Assembly: GCA_964531465.1 (NCBI GenBank)
Contig: CAZHEC010000005.1
Coordinates: 1-17,826 of the forward strand
Length of the DNA stretch: 17,826 nt
DNA from: an uncultured Nitrososphaeria archaeon
Lineage (GTDB): Archaea; Thermoproteota; Nitrososphaeria_A; Caldarchaeales; Wolframiiraptoraceae
Direction of reading: 5' to 3'
Numbering within the stretch: position 1 is the first letter of the stretch; each line of letters opens with the position of its first letter. The translations under genes and the position numbers were made by a program. Positions 16,678-17,826 of the stretch are shown one piece after another. Under the pieces are notes generated by a model. That model was given only the letters and a program-made list of their open reading frames with translations. It had not been told where the DNA came from and did no database searches.

Positions 16678-17826
16678 TTGAGATACAGGTTCTTCGCAAC
16701 CACCGTAACTGGTCTAGAGGACCTGGCCGCCGGGGAGTTCAAGGAGATAACGGGGCTGGAGGCTCGGCCGGATGTGGGTAAGATATTCTTTGAGGCCGAG
16801 ATGGAGCAGGCTGTATTAATCAACATGGCGTCTAGGATGCTTCACAGGGTCTTCCTGCTCCTGGCCAGAGAGGATGTGGGAGACCTTGAGGACATCTACA
16901 GGATAGCCTACAAGATAGACTACACGGAGGTTATCGGGAGGGAGCAGAGCTTCGCAGTCAGGGCTGAACGCCACTCCAAGCACTACCCCTTCACCAGCAT
17001 GGACATAGCGGCCACCGTTGGGAGAGCCATAATCAACAGGTTCAGGGACGAGACCGGGGTTAGGCTCAAGGTAAACCTCGACGAGCCCGACGTTGAGTTC
17101 TACTGCCTCCTCAGGGACCATGAGCTCCTGATAGGCCTCAACACAACCGGCCAATCCCTCCACCGACGATACTACAGGGTCTTCCACCACCGAGCCGCCC
17201 TAAACCCGGTGATAGCGGCGGGCATGCTCAGGATAGCTGGATGGAGGGAGGATGAAGGCCTGCTGGACCCTATGTGCGGAGGGGGAACCATACCAATAGA
17301 GGCCGCCCTAAAGGCTTGGCGGATACCACCAGGCCTGAAAAGGGGAGATCTAGCACTCAAGAAACTAATTATTGTGGACGAGGAGATTCTGGGCAGGGTG
17401 GCCAGGCGGCTTGAGGCCTCGGTGAAGCGGGGGGAGCTAAGGGTCTGGGGTTCAGATGCCTCGCCCAAGAGCATAGAGGGTGCGAGAAGAAATGCCGAGA
17501 GGGCCGGGGTGCTTGAGGCCGTGGCCCTAGAGGTCAGGGACGCCCTCAGGATGTGGGAGTGGCTCAGCTGGGAGCCGGAGCACGTGATAACCAACCCGCC
17601 CTACGGCCTCAGAATGGGGATAAGCGACATAGAACGCTTCTACCAACGCTTCCTCGAGAGCCTAGGCAGGGCGGCTCCAAACGCCAAGCTGACAGCCATA
17701 GTCTCCAAGCCCACAGTCTTCACCAGAACCCTCCAGAAAACCAGCTACCAAGCCACATCAAGCCGCCAAACCATGCACGGAACCCTAAGAGCCACAATAA
17801 TAACCGCCCAGAAAAAATACTTATAA
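16678..17826 (+). CDS. trm14: THUMP-domain tRNA (guanine-N2)-methyltransferase, Trm14/RlmL-like
   Basis: 382 aa. N-terminal THUMP-like region, SAM motif 'GLLDPMCGGGTIPIEAAL', catalytic 'ITNPPYGLRMG'. TTG start preceded by AGGAG; the TAA stop is the final codon of the window. Confidence 0.85.
   Translation: MRYRFFATTVTGLEDLAAGEFKEITGLEARPDVGKIFFEAEMEQAVLINMASRMLHRVFLLLAREDVGDLEDIYRIAYKIDYTEVIGREQSFAVRAERHSKHYPFTSMDIAATVGRAIINRFRDETGVRLKVNLDEPDVEFYCLLRDHELLIGLNTTGQSLHRRYYRVFHHRAALNPVIAAGMLRIAGWREDEGLLDPMCGGGTIPIEAALKAWRIPPGLKRGDLALKKLIIVDEEILGRVARRLEASVKRGELRVWGSDASPKSIEGARRNAERAGVLEAVALEVRDALRMWEWLSWEPEHVITNPPYGLRMGISDIERFYQRFLESLGRAAPNAKLTAIVSKPTVFTRTLQKTSYQATSSRQTMHGTLRATIITAQKKYL

Overview
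This window is archaeal and looks like Thermoproteota-type (crenarchaeal-like) DNA. It is densely coded and mostly conserved information-processing and proteostasis genes. Features in order: rpl11-spt5-secE (-); an ABC sugar/oligosaccharide-type importer operon with a Tat-signal binding protein and two MalF/MalG-like permeases but no ATPase (-); an unusual fusion of an HTH, an ATP-cone and a degenerate NrdD-like region (+); aMBF1-like, hflX, PUA-domain and NAC genes (-); a PQQ-type sugar dehydrogenase (+); hsp20-cdc48 (+); argS (-); a DRG/OBG-like TGS GTPase; a small complex-I island nuoJ(N)-nuoJ(C)-nuoK; and a THUMP/N2-G methyltransferase (Trm14-like) whose stop codon coincides with the last base. 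I saw no CRISPR array, tRNA or rRNA gene, transposon or recognisable defence system. The items most worth a second look are the HTH/ATP-cone/NrdD-like protein at 4516-6219, the short aMBF1-like protein without its zinc ribbon, the GTPase with a non-canonical G3 motif, the detached nuoJ/J/K island, and a perfect stem-loop directly after the binding-protein stop codon.
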